Shown here piece by piece: positions 12,272-25,690 of a DNA stretch of 49,860 nt (the stretch's first letter is position 1; every line of letters begins with the position of its first letter). The stretch spans positions 88,947,783 to 88,997,642 of the forward strand of contig NC_068988.1 in assembly GCF_001194135.2 (NCBI RefSeq), written 5' to 3'. A model generated the notes under the pieces. The model did not search any database, was not told the origin of the DNA, and saw only the letters and a list, made by a program, of their open reading frames with translations. This stretch comes from Octopus bimaculoides (taxonomy: Eukaryota). The position numbers and the translations under genes are program-made.

Positions 12272-13794
12272 TATTGTTTGTTATTGGATATTCATCGCGT
12301 ACAATTTAATACACGTCGAAAGTAGACGTTCGGAATAAATACGTAGACAAAATCCTTTCACATTTATAAAAAGATTTTAAAAAGTATGGAAGACCCTACA
12401 CACAAAAAAATGATGTCCATTTATGTCGATTTACGCGGGAACTGGGGGCAAAATGTTATAGAGCTTGGGGCATAGTGCGTATAGTTTGGTGAAAATTGGT
12501 TGAGAATTGTGGAAATGTATGCGTTAGTCATTATACACACACATACTATGATTTATATATACTAGATAGCAAACATGCACACATACACACAAATATGTAT
12601 ACATATATATGTACATACACATCCACATTTATGTAATGTAACGGTCTTTTATAAAGGTGACCAACGCAATACCTCCATCTACATTCTTATGCAAAGGAAG
12701 AAAATATTTTAAAGCATATTTACTTTTATCACTTTCATCAATTCAATATTAATGCAATGACATTTATGCTATGGACCTCTAGTGCTTCACTGTTGTCACC
12801 CGATTGTAACGGAACCCCATAAAAAAATGGTTTCTTCTAGATTTTACTGAGATTTCAAATATGTGATGTAAAACACCGCTGCGAAATGTTTCAAAATTCT
12901 GAAACATCTGCGCTCACATTTCAGAAACGCTATGTTTACGTGATAAAGCTACGATGATATCATTCATCGTAATAAATTAACATACATTATATAACTCTCC
13001 GGAGTGTAAAATCTTAACGGCAGCTGGCGTGCTTATATTATATGAACTTAATAAAATGTTTCTAGGTGTATGTATTATTCAAACTCTGCTGCTGTCTGTT
13101 AGCTGACGTTTCAACTGGAATGAAATCTGAGAAACTTTTCGTATTTTTTTTTATTTATGCATATATATATAAAGTTTTATATATGTAAATATATTGATAC
13201 ATTGTGACTAGTATAAGAAGGTTCGCTCTTGCAAATATAAAAACTGTTGATAGAAACGTTAGACTTTATTGCTGCGAGTACATAATACTAGAATTTTTAT
13301 TGGTGTTTATTCCTTGGTATATTGAGTGGAAAGGAATTATGGAATAATATTTAGAAAGTTATATAAAGCATGTTATATATGCAAATACATTTATGTATTT
13401 TGAAAAAGCTACAGATGCTTCGCTCTTGCAAATACTACATTACTTAAAGACAAATTCACTATATCGCTTGTAGATATTTTATTAAGAATGTAGTGGGATT
13501 TTCAAGACAGAATATAGATAGGGGCGGGGGAACATAGAAAATATTTTTTTAAATAATAAAATTGTATTTATTTACTCCAAGGGCTTTTTCTGTCATATTT
13601 CTCAACGTAATATTTGAAACTGATTTAGACTAAGAATTTCATTTCCATTATTAGATTTAAGTTCTGAGGTGTTTTAATTTGCATACTGAAATTTTATTAC
13701 CTAACGAATGATATAATGATATTGCAATTATATAATTATAAGGATTATGAAATATTCCACCAATATTATCCAAATGATATTGGTATTATGTTTA

Positions 13795-14152
13795 CAATTC
13801 ACCCAAGACTAGGCCCCCTTGCAATGCGTCCCCTGTGAAGGCCGAGATCACATCACATATGAACATTGCCACACAATTTCTTCAGTGCAAATGGTCGTGC
13901 ACTTTTCAATGTTATCCCCAAAGAAATTAGAGTAGAAAAAGACCCCACAACTTTCAAACGGTACCTCGACAAATTCCCCCAGGAAATACCGGATGAACCA
14001 CCAACACCTGGATATGTCTCAACTCTCAACTCTCTGTTTGAGTGGTCCATGGTGCCTGAAATAATTAACTAAAAGACTTTTCCAGGTGGTGCTATCGAGC
14101 TAAGCATGGCCTGGGCCGATAATGGCTGAAACCAGTCTAAGTTGTCTAAGTT
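13795..14152 (+). mobile_element. CR1-like LINE 3' fragment (ORF2 C-terminus plus 3' UTR)
   Basis: ORF 13866-14072 NGRALFNVIPKEIR...FKRYLDKFPQEIPDEPPTPGY...NSL is typical of invertebrate CR1-group ORF2 ends. It terminates in gtctaagtt repeats. Confidence 0.75.
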
Positions 14153-14750
14153 ATGATATTTGTATTGTAACTGGGAAAAAAAATTGAAAGCTTTGAATAA
14201 AGTAAGGAAACATCTTCAAAATCCAGTTATTCTAAATATTTCTTTCGGCATTTGACAAAAATAACATGTGAAATATATAGAATTAATTTTTTAATTAAAT
14301 AAGTACATATTAACATAGATACATATACATATTTTAATACACATATTCATGGAAATATACATGCACACATACCTAGAAACATGCATACATACAGTCATAC
14401 ACATATATAGTTACACACACACACACACACACATGTATGAATGTTGAATCCAAGAGCAAGAGATAACTACTAATAACAAGTTCTACAAAGAAGTAAAGAA
14501 TACCTTCAATAACCGAGTTATAACCTACCATCTCGATAATTCCATATGTAAATAACATAACGAGCGGTTACCGACTATTCCAAAATGTCAACAAGCGTTT
14601 AAACCTCTTCCACATCTAACTGAATGAAACATATGTTCATAGCAGAAAATCGTATACATGTGTCTATATATGTGCGCCTGCGGCTCGTTGCCTGTCTATA
14701 ATATTTTATATATACATATATACATACACCCCACCACCAACACATACATG

Positions 14751-14784
<34 letters not shown>

Positions 14785-15920
14785 NNNNNNNNNNNNNNNN
14801 NNNNNNNNNNNNNNNNNNNNNNNNNNNNNNNNNNNNNNNNNNNNNNNNNNNNNNNNNNNNNNNNNNNNNNNNNNNNNNNNNNNNNNNNNNNNNNNNNNNN
14901 NNNNNNNNNNNNNNNNNNNNNNNNNNNNNNNNNNNNNNNNNNNNNNNNNNNNNNNNNNNNNNNNNNNNNNNNNNNNNNNNNNNNNNNNNNNNNNNNNNNN
15001 NNNNNNNNNNNNNNNNNNNNNNNNNNNNNNNNNNNNNNNNNNNNNNNNNNNTATATCTTTATGCACGTACATCTGTATATGTCTATCATCATCATCACCA
15101 CCACCGCCTCCATCTTCCCCCTCCACGTCTTCGCGTTATCACTATCGTTATGAAGCCCATCGTCGTCGGCGCCGACGTCACCTTCATCAATATCACCCTC
15201 GCTTATCAGATGACCTAGTTACACCTGCCATCTTAACTATCATTACAGATAACTTAATGGGTTGACAGGATTGATAAGAAGCATATCATTAACAAAATAA
15301 CAGATGTTGCTGCCATAGTTTAACCCTACTCAGTCGTGATCTAGTAGACCCGTGTTTAAACATATTCCATACAACATATCGGTCTTTAGAGGAAATATAA
15401 GCAAGGCGATATTATCACGTGTTTTAATACAGCATGTATGATTACGGAGAGCCTGGCTGTTATTTCTAGCACATGGATAAATATACGAGTACCGTCGACT
15501 GAGTGCTATGAGGTTTTTTTCTTTTTCGCTGATGTCGATTTTGGGGAGTTACGCTAATAAAAATCGTGTTTTCTGTTGTTTTTCGCGGTCTTTTTTGTTC
15601 GTATTGATCTTGTCAAGGATTGTATTGTTACTTAAGGTGTTAGTGAATTCGATGTTGTTTTTTCAACAATAACAACGGTTGCAGATGCATTTGATAACGA
15701 CGACGACGACGACAACAACAACAACTACAATAACAACAGCCTCACAGCAGCAGATAAGAATCTAGTACTATGATGGATGTTCAGTAACAATGTCGTGAAG
15801 CCATGTATTATCGTTACAATAACCACCTTCCCCACCACCGCCATCACCACCACCAACAAGAACAACAATGCTGGAGACCAACGATATCAGAGACAAGCTC
15901 TGGACCCAGTACATTACTAA

Positions 15921-15986
<66 letters not shown>

Positions 15987-16030
15987 CACTACTACTACTA
16001 CTACTAATAATAATAATTATAATTATAATA

Positions 16031-16141
16031 ATCGTTTCTATTGAAGGCGCAAGGCCTGAAATTTTGGAACGTACTAGTCGATTACATCGACCGAAAGTTT
16101 TACTGGTACTTAGTTGATCGACCCACAAAATGATGAGAGTC
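16031..16141 (-). mobile_element. 5'-truncated SINE embedded in (TAA)/(CTA)n
   Basis: aaggcctgaaattttgg...gtcgattacatcgacc...ctggtactt...gtcgacct, the same family as the copy at 12055. Confidence 0.75.
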
Positions 16142-16152
16142 GACCTGGGCGA

Positions 16153-16215
<63 letters not shown>

Positions 16216-16529
16216 ACCGCAGCCGCCGCTACCGCCACCACCGCCGAATAAGTAATTCTCATAATTCATTTCTATTTTCCAAATGAAATGATGTATTTTA
16301 ATTGTGTATCATCCCGACTCACTCGCAGAACAGGTGTAAACACGCTCGCCATACTTACAATGTGTTGAACTATAGCCGAGTAAGTGACGCTTATCAAAAT
16401 TTATTAATGCCGTATTTTAACAGAGTGACATCTCTATCACTCGCTCAAAACGTATAAACAAACTCACCACCTTACGGTCCAATCAACATCAGACCGTTTC
16501 CGTTCTCAACCACAATACAGAAAAAAATT

Positions 16530-19500
16530 AATAATAAATAACATAATACCTGTATTATTCAACCCAAGGATAACAAACGAGAAGTACGTGCTTACAATTT
16601 GTTACACAAAAAGTACGAAAAGCTACACGTGCAAAACCATTTAACATCAGAAATGAACGAACCGGTACTCTACACAAATGATTACCATCAAAATAATGGG
16701 TCAGACATTATTGCCCATGTCTCGCAAATAAAATCAAAAATGCATAAATGGACACGTGAGAAATATATTTCAATCATACACGCTTATTTTACAGCACGTC
16801 TCTACCCACAGAACGACAACACAACTACATATACATATAAAATCTGGAAGAAAAATAACCTAGATTTGGATACAGCAATGAACCCTAATAAACTAGGTAG
16901 CATACGGAGATATATTCGCAAAACAAAATGAAAATATCAGAAACAGAAATAGAACACTTAATAGGAAAAACGCATCAGGAAAACGTAATAACAATACAGC
17001 AATGCTAAATAGTATCATCAGCAATGGGACTGTAAAATACGAAGACAGACGTAATATGTCCTACAAAAACGAAGTAAAGAACGACAGACAAGAAACCCAA
17101 ACCGTAGGAATGTATAATGATGAGCAAAATGCACCAAACCAGAACATCACAGAGAAAAATATGAACAAGAGGGAATACAAAAGAAATCTAAAACCTGGAA
17201 ACAGTGAAGTTGAAACTAAATATGATATTCTAAAAATGAGTATATTCAAAGAATTGAAAGCCATAGATGTTAATATGGACCACCGAGTGTCCCTCCCAAA
17301 AATGAAAATTGATAATGAAATAACATGAATAATAGATAGCCTGAATCTGGCCGTCACAGAATTAATAGCTACAGAAACAAATGTCAATATGGCCACGCTA
17401 AATTATATAAGTTTTGCAGCAACCTTTGTGGCAAGAAAAGAAGCTGGATACCCCCTTGAACCCATCCAAATAGGAGTGACACCAACCAACAAACCCTGAG
17501 GATAAGCAATATTTAGAAAAAATAAAACAGAAAATAAAATAAAGGATCTGCCAATCCTTAATGAAATTAGCAGAAAATCAACACTATTACGCCATAGAGA
17601 AGGAAAATACTACGTAAATACAAAATTGCGGGACACGTTATACCTGAGGTAAAAGAATAGCTAAACCAAGATATCCTCTCCGAAGTATAAAGAATCCGCC
17701 GGTATAAGAAATGCCAAAGTTTCTTTGGACAAGAAACAGTTCAACTCCAACCCCAAATGATTCTACCAAGAACAATACAGCACCTGATTAGCTCTGGACT
17801 CCTATAACAACTAAAGAGGTCACCCAAGAACGGCAAAAATTAAACAACTGGAAGGCACCCGGGCACAACAATATCCTCAAATTCTGGTTAAATATTTACC
17901 ATGGAAGCATACAAGAGCAATTTTATGAAATACCAGCAGAACCAGAGAGAATGCCTGAATCGCTCACATAAGAGAAGACTATCCTAATTCCCAAATCCAC
18001 TAAACGGGAAGACCCACAAAATTACAGACCGAAAACCTGTCTCCTACCCTGCAATTTACTAAGTCTTTACTGCAATAATATCGCAGAAAATGAGCAAACA
18101 TTTGGAAGACAACAACCTGTTTGCAGAAGATCAGAAGGGATGCTGAATAGGCTCACACGGCTGTAAAGATCAGCTACTTATCAATAAAGCCATAACTAAA
18201 GATAGCCGCAGAAAGAATAAGGGTCTAAGTATGGCTTGGATCGATTATCAAAAGGCTTTTGATAGTATACCCCACACAAGGATCCTAGAAACACCAGCCA
18301 TGAACAAGGTAGCACCAATAATCAGAAAATATATAAAACATTCCATAAATAAATTACAAACAGTGCTACAACAACAGACAAAAGACAAACTCATAAAAAC
18401 CAAAGACATCCGCATTAGAAGTGGAATATTCCAAGGAGACTCGCTCTCTCCACTCCTTTTCTGCTTAGGTCTAACACATTCATCTGACGTGCTAAACAGA
18501 ACTGGATGTGGATATAACTGTTACGGCTAAGCAATCAACCGCCTCTTGTATACGGATGATATAAAACTGCATGCTACTAATAATAAACAGCTGGAAAAAT
18601 TACTCCAGACAGTGCATGGATTTACCAAAGAAATAAACCTGAAATGTGGCTTAGGAAAATGTGCCAAAGTAACCTTGAAAAGAGGAAAACTAATCAAGAG
18701 TAACGACATCATACTTGATAAAGCAAATGAAATAAGACAATTAGATCAAAGCCAGACATACAAATACTTAATAATCAATGAACTAGATACGATACAAAAC
18801 ACAAAAATGAAAGAGAATATAAGAAAGTCTACTTACTAGAGACGAATCAGATTAATACTGAAAACAGAGCTCAAAGCGAAAAACAAGAAAGCTATCAACA
18901 CTTTAGCCGTTCCACTTATAAGTTACAGCTATAATATTCGTAACTGAACTCTACATGAAATAGTCAAAATAGAGAGGAAAACAAGAAAAATAATGACAGG
19001 ATTTAGGATGCATCACCCAAAATCTGACATAAAATTGTTATACATACAACGTATCGGAGATGGTAGAGTCCTTATAGCTTGAAAAGTATTACAAATAACC
19101 GCCATAGGACTATACAAATACCTACTTCAGACGTAAGGGAAACTAATACGAGTAGCCACAAAACATGAACAAAACAAAATACTGTTTTCTGTCTTTAAGG
19201 AAACTAACAAATACCAAAAAGAAGTAATAGTACCTAGCAACTATGAAAAAAAAAAACGAAATAAGAAAAGCCGTAAAAACAACTGAAATCCAAACCAAAA
19301 TTGGAATAGTAACTTATCATGATAAAGCGATAGCAAGTATTGGGCTAAGCTAAAGCGAAAAGAGATGTACAAAGCAACATGCCCACAATGGCTGAGAAGC
19401 TCAGGACTTAAAGCAGAGACTGAAGGAGTTTTAATTGCAGCACAAGATCAAAGCCTTCCCACCAGAAATCAGCAAAACTCACGACCTCATCATCGTGAGC

Positions 19501-19650
19501 CGAATACTCTTACTAAGACACGAGCCTTCACGATAATCATGTAGAAAACTAAGAAAATTGCGAAATATCAATTCCTAACAAGAGAGATCAAGAGATTGTG
19601 GGAGACAAATCCCATGTATTTTTTTGTGGTAATTGGTTCGCAAGACACAA
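16530..19650 (+). mobile_element. Decayed, near full-length R4/Dong-clade non-LTR retrotransposon (RT plus restriction-like endonuclease)
   Basis: N-terminal KWTRE...YFTA domain, NYRP, AWIDYQKAFDSIPH, GIFQGDSLSPLLFC, LLYTDDIKL, AAQDQSLPTRN, then RLE remnants (R/P)DLIIV and KIAKYQFLTREIKRLW...VIG. Many stops and frameshifts. Confidence 0.92.
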
Positions 19651-19781
19651 AGCGGAAAGCGAAGAGGCTGATGATTCGTAGCGCAAACTGAAGAGGCTGA
19701 AAACACAAAGCACAAATTGAAGAGGCTGAAGGCTCAAAGAACACAATGAAGAGGCTGAAGACATAGCAGAAACTGAAGAGT
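19643..19781 (+). repeat. 29-bp-period minisatellite with conserved core gaagaggctga
   Basis: Cores start at 19661, 19690, 19719, 19748 and 19775 (last one partial). Confidence 0.85.
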
Positions 19782-20257
19782 ATTTTGCGATAGTTTTTCA
19801 AAAGATTCTTTAGATTTGTTGTTACCACCCTCAATATAAATTCACAAGAAAGTAAATTACTCTTCGAATATGAAGTAATTCTTGCCTATATCATAACGCC
19901 ATCATCGCAGGAAAGAAAATGTTATTCATATTAAATATTAAATACTACGAAGACAATAATGAAATAAACGCTAGAAATGTACCGTTAACAGCCGGATCTC
20001 ACTGAAGCTGGTGAAACCGAGGCTACTGATCATTTAACTACCTATCACATAAATGTCAACGAAGAGACAATATGGTCAGTAGGAAGACAATCACGATGGG
20101 AGAGTCGAAACTGGAAGAAATGAAGGGTCAAATGAACGAAGGAGACCAGAATGTTTGACATTAATATTTCTGAAACAACGACGTCCAGGCTACAGGTAAT
20201 CAGATCAATATCGTGTTCTTTCGTACTTCTGTACTAATGCTGTTAATGTGTCGGATG

Positions 20258-20293
<36 letters not shown>

Positions 20294-20352
20294 NNNNNNN
20301 NNNNNNNNNNNNNNNNNNNNNNNNNNNNNNNNNNNNNNNNNNNNNNNNNNNN

Positions 20353-20393
<41 letters not shown>

Positions 20394-20449
20394 AGTGAGT
20401 AAAACAGCTAGTTCTAAGACTCTGAATAAGAACTAAGTAGTAACTATGC

Positions 20450-20703
20450 TACTAAAATCTATTTACCAACGTAGGGTGGCAGCCCTGCGTAGGACCATGT
20501 TACTAAATTTTAAACCCATGAAAACCTCTTTTCCAGCCGGTTATCAACACATAACCTGTCAGAAATATACTGTGAACAGGTATATTTCAGACACAGGTCG
20601 TGTGTCGATAACCTGCTGGAAAAAGTAGTTTTCCTGGGGTTAAAAGTTAGTAACATGGTTCTACACAGGACTGCCACGTTATGTTGGCAAATAGAATTTA
20701 CTA
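20450..20703. mobile_element. Fold-back (palindromic) MITE-like element
   Basis: Two arms of about 125 bp, roughly 80% identical as inverted repeats, with almost no spacer and TA at both ends. Confidence 0.75.
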
Positions 20704-20763
20704 TATAAATGTATATATATATATACATATGTGTGCATACACACGCACATATGTATATATATT

Positions 20764-20803
<40 letters not shown>

Positions 20804-20822
20804 CGTGCATGTGTAAAAAGGT

Positions 20823-20912
20823 TGAATTAGATTCGTCCTTTAATTTGGAGGTGTCCCCAAAAAGAGAAATGAGAATACATATATACATACTATATATCTT
20901 TTCATCTCTCCC

Positions 20913-20981
<69 letters not shown>

Positions 20982-21025
20982 GCACACTCATACATATATA
21001 TATGTATATATATATACATATGTAA

Positions 21026-21060
<35 letters not shown>

Positions 21061-21162
21061 TACATAGATATATATATACTATGTATATATATATATATTC
21101 GTCTTTCTCTTTCTCTGTCTCTATTGATATATATACATATATATGCATGTAGGTGTGATATC
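20823..21162. repeat. Copy 1 of a local direct duplication (copy 2 at 22621-22899)
   Basis: Shared unique anchors tgaattagattcgtcctttaat, acacgcacactcatacat, ttcgtctttctctttctctg and gcatgtaggtgtgatatc, with a few substitutions. Confidence 0.85.
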
Positions 21163-21295
21163 TGTACAAATCTCGACATAGACACTGAAATGTGAATGGG
21201 TTTTGAATGGTATAGCATGTCCCTTTATAAAGATGACTTGGAATATTTATATGAAATGACAATAGTAATAACATGAAAATAATATAATCATAAAT

Positions 21296-21354
<59 letters not shown>

Positions 21355-21748
21355 TATAATAATAATAATGATAATAATATGATATACATGCACACACACA
21401 TATATATTATTTATTATCGATGTTTGTAAAGAATAGAGGATTGAATATATTGAGTCAAAATATAAAGCAATTTAACGTGATAATGCTAATAATTACAAGC
21501 ATGTTAAAAATCATGATATGAGAACAATAATATTAACACGAATGGTTGCGATGATGGAGGCAATGATTATGATGATGAAGATGGTGATAATTATGACGAC
21601 TACTGCTTGAGTTGGCAGTAATAATGAGTATAGCAATAAAACAGCACTGACGACAAGAAATATAAAAAAAAACAGCCACGAAAAAACAACAACAACGACA
21701 ATAATAATAAGAACAAATCGACGACGATGATGATGGTGATGATGATGG

Positions 21749-21793
<45 letters not shown>

Positions 21794-22015
21794 GAAAGAA
21801 AAAGATGAGAAAGAAGATGATGGTGATGATGAATAGTAAGAAGAAAAAGAAATAGTATTCAAAGAAAGGACTCTCAAGAAAACGAAGGGAAGAGGAAGAA
21901 GAAAAAGAAGATACATTATTATTATTATTAGTAGTAGGAGGAGGAGGAGGAGGAGGATGATGAGGAGGAGGAGGGGCGGAGGAGGGGTGGAGGAATGGGA
22001 GAAGGAGGAGGGGGA
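21296..22015. repeat. Compound SSR block: (AGT)n, (GAT)n, (GAG)n
   Basis: Direct reading of the sequence. Confidence 0.9.
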
Positions 22016-22620
22016 NNNNNNNNNNNNNNNNNNNNNNNNNNNNNNNNNNNNNNNNNNNNNNNNNNNNNNNNNNNATATATGTATGTATATGTATGTATGT
22101 ACATATATATGTATATGTAGAAACAGATTCAGATAGATAAAGCCCTGTAATAAATGTATTTTCCAATATTATTAATTTGCCCTCTATTTTTTTTATATCT
22201 TCTTTATATTTTAAGATATATCATAATATATCTGTATTCATTTTTTTTTCTGTTATATTTCAGTATCTATCAAATATTTCTTTTGTTGACCAAACACTAA
22301 CTCGATAGTGTGTCGAACTTTAGTGTATTCTTTGCCACATTGTAGTTTATGACAGATAAAATCTATCGGGAGCGACAATACTATACACCGACACGTACAC
22401 ACGCACACACACACAGACACACATACACACACACACACACACAAACACACACACGCACACACGCACGCACTGACACACACACACATACACACAGGTGTGG
22501 ATGTGAAAGAAATACGGATAAAATAGAAAGATGTACATTCTGATTGTTAAATGTCCAATCACACGCATAATATTTATGTATCTGTTTAGGTATATCTATG
22601 CGTATGTATATCTATGCGTA

Positions 22621-22760
22621 TGAATTAGATTCGTCCTTTAATNNNNNNNNNNNNNNNNNNNNNNNNNNNNNNNNNNNNNNNNNNNNNNNNNNNNNNNNNN
22701 NNNNNTATATATATACACGCACACTCATACATATATATATATATATATATATACATATGT

Positions 22761-22804
<44 letters not shown>

Positions 22805-22899
22805 ATAGATATATATACTATGTATATATATATATTCGTCTTTCTCTTTCTCTGCCTCTATTGATATATATACATACATATGCATGTAGGTGTGATATC
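22621..22899. repeat. Copy 2 of a local direct duplication
   Basis: Same anchors as 20823-21162; interrupted by an N gap. Confidence 0.85.
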
Positions 22900-23308
22900 C
22901 GCCTACCATCACACACACAACATACTTTCACATACTCACGTACATAAAAATACGAATATAGATAGCGATAGAGAGAGAGAGAACCAGATAAATAGGTAGA
23001 CAGCCAAGCAAAAGTATATAGAGGTAATTTAGTAAATCAATAGAAATACATAGAACTATCTATAGCTAGATAAACTGAAAACATCGACGAAGAATTCAAT
23101 TTACATGTTTCGAGTCCTAGGTGCGATGTTGAGTTGATAATATGTTTCTGGACCTAAGGCTGTCTAAATATGTGGCGAATGTGTTTCTGCATCTATAACA
23201 CTTTGTCCTATTTCGTAGCACATTGGACGTGTTCTTTCTGCTTACGGCTTTTGTCTGCCCCAAACCATCTGGGTGGATTTCGAAGATGGAAACTGAATGT
23301 AGCCAGTC

Positions 23309-23349
<41 letters not shown>

Positions 23350-24332
23350 TCTCTCTCACTCTCTCTCTTTCTCTCTTCCACTCACTTTCTATCACTCTCT
23401 AAATGTTATAAAGAATATTCAAAAGGAATATTTTATTGAGCTTATATTAAGTGCTCTATTACTTTGAGCACATAGATATATATATGTTTCTATATCATTA
23501 ATAAATTTATAAAATTATTAATAATATTCACAGGAAATCAATATCTAAATCTCCGAAAGATATATTTTTAATGTGACACTGTAGTATTTTGAATTATAAT
23601 TAAATTAAAGTTAGAGATTTACAAAATATAAATATATATAAAAATTATAAATGTACATAAAATGAATAATGAAATATACGCAATGGATAAACTTTTAAAT
23701 ATTGATGTGATTCATAGGATTACCAATATATCCAACAAGAAGATGAACTTTACTATAACTATATACCGAATTCTTAAATATTCTGAAAACATATGAATTT
23801 AAAAAAAAATTATTTATGATTTAAAATTTCTACAATGGAAAAAATATGAATTTTCCAAATTATAGGAGGAATTACCTTTACAAACTCTTAAAGGACAGTT
23901 TACATTTTAATATTTTTAATTTTCTTAATATGTTTTAGTATTTTAATTAATATCATCTTATTATATATACCATTNNNNNNNNNNNNNNNNNNNNNNNNNN
24001 NNNNNNNNNNNNNNNNNNNNNNNNNNNNNNNNNNNNNNNNNNNNNNNNNNNNNNNNNNNNNNNNNNNNNNNNNNNNNNNNNNNNNNNNNNNNNNNNNNNN
24101 NNNNNNNNNNNNNNNNNNNNNNNNNNNNNNNNNNNNNNNNNNNNNNNNNNNNNNNNNNNNNNNNNNNNNNNNNNNNNNNNNNNNNNNNNNNNNNNNNNNN
24201 NNNNNNNNNNNNNNNNNNNNNNNNNNNNNNNNNNNNNNNNNNNNNNNNNNNNNNNNNNNNNNNNNNNNNNNNNNNNNNNNNNNNNNNNNNNNNNNNNNNN
24301 NNNNNNNNNNNNNNNNNNNNNNNNNNNNNNNN

Positions 24333-24363
<31 letters not shown>

Positions 24364-25257
24364 ACAGACACATGCACACACGTATATATTGAATTAAATA
24401 TAACATATATATATATACATGTATATTTACATACACGCACACATAGACACGCGCACACACATATATGTGTGTGTGCATGTATATATGCGTTTGTATGTAC
24501 GTATGTATATATATATATGTGTATGTATATATGTATGTATGTATGTATGTAGGTATGCATGTATGTATGTATGTACACATATACATCTACTATATATCGA
24601 TGCAAAACGCTTCAGAATATTAAAAACTTTAAACTGTAGGACTCTGTTTTAGTTCAGGTTCATCATGCATATATATTATAAGAGTATGTATATGTGCATG
24701 CGTGTGTGTGTGCGTGTGTGTGTTTATTTGGTGTTTGTGATACATGTATGTTTGTGTTTGTATATGCCTGAGTGTTTGCCTATCGAATGCGATAAGGACA
24801 GTGAAGTTTGTGTAGATATCTTGATAGACATAATTTAGCAAGATATATATATACTTAAATGAATTTAAGAAAAAAATTATTAAGTTAGGAAGAAAGTAGT
24901 TTCGTTAATAAGTATATGTATTTTTTAAAAATCCAATTTCTTCCACATTTAACATTAAATATGTTCTGTTTCTATAATATAATGGAACGCAATTCTCATA
25001 TGTCAGAACGCAATCAAATCCCAGTTAAGCTTGAAAATGAAAAATTGAAATTACAGGAACAAAGATGTAGCACTCAAGGGGATAGTTTTTCCAGCGAGGA
25101 AATATCGAGAGTAAAGTTTAATTGCGTCTTAACAATGCAGAATATATTGGTAAACAACATTTATTAGTGTATCGTAAATATATGGCATGTTAATGGAAGG
25201 AAACCTACTCATATTCACTAGCATAACGAAGTGTTCTTATTTCTATCTATCTCTAAT

Positions 25258-25456
25258 ATTTCTTTCTATTATAAGCACAAGGGCTGAAATTTTCGGGAAG
25301 GCTGGTGGTCGAGTACATTGAGCAATATTAATGGATAATTCTTATTTTATCGATTTTGAATAACTGACAAGCAGTTATTCAAACTGAGAATGTAAACCAA
25401 GAAAAAATGGTGCGAAGCATTTTCCCGGTTTGCAAAAGATTCTGCGACTCGCCGTC
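25258..25456 (-). mobile_element. Old SINE copy
   Basis: Tail gcacaagggctgaaattttcggg and head gaagcattttcccggtttgcaaaagattctgcgactcgcc. Confidence 0.65.
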
Positions 25457-25496
25457 TTTTTGTCTCTAATACATGAGCTATAATGTATTATTATTA

Positions 25497-25690
25497 CAAA
25501 ATCGTTAGCACGCCGGGCAAAATGCTTTGCGGCATTTTGCCCATCTTGATGATCTGTGTTCAAATTTCACCGAGGTTGACTGCCTTTCATCCTTCTATAG
25601 TCGATAATTTGAGTACCAGCGGAGACTGAGTTTGATGTAATCGACGTACCCTCTAACTCAAAATTGCAAGCCTAGTACCAAGATTTGAAA
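25497..25690 (+). mobile_element. tRNA-derived SINE
   Basis: aatcgttagcacgccgggcaaaatgc...gttcaaatttcaccgaggttgactgcctttcatcc...gagtaccag...gatgtaatcgac. Confidence 0.8.

Noticed and set aside
19661-19781. CRISPR-like interpretation of the 29-bp array, and a hammerhead-like reading of CTGAAGAGGCTGAAA
   Set aside because: The core is only 11 nt, the spacers are mutually related, there are no cas genes and the context is eukaryotic. No stem II can form between CUGAAGA and GAAA.
23400-23975. Extremely AT-rich non-SSR tract (possible NUMT or viral relic)
   Set aside because: No mitochondrial gene, tRNA or viral motif found in any frame that I translated.
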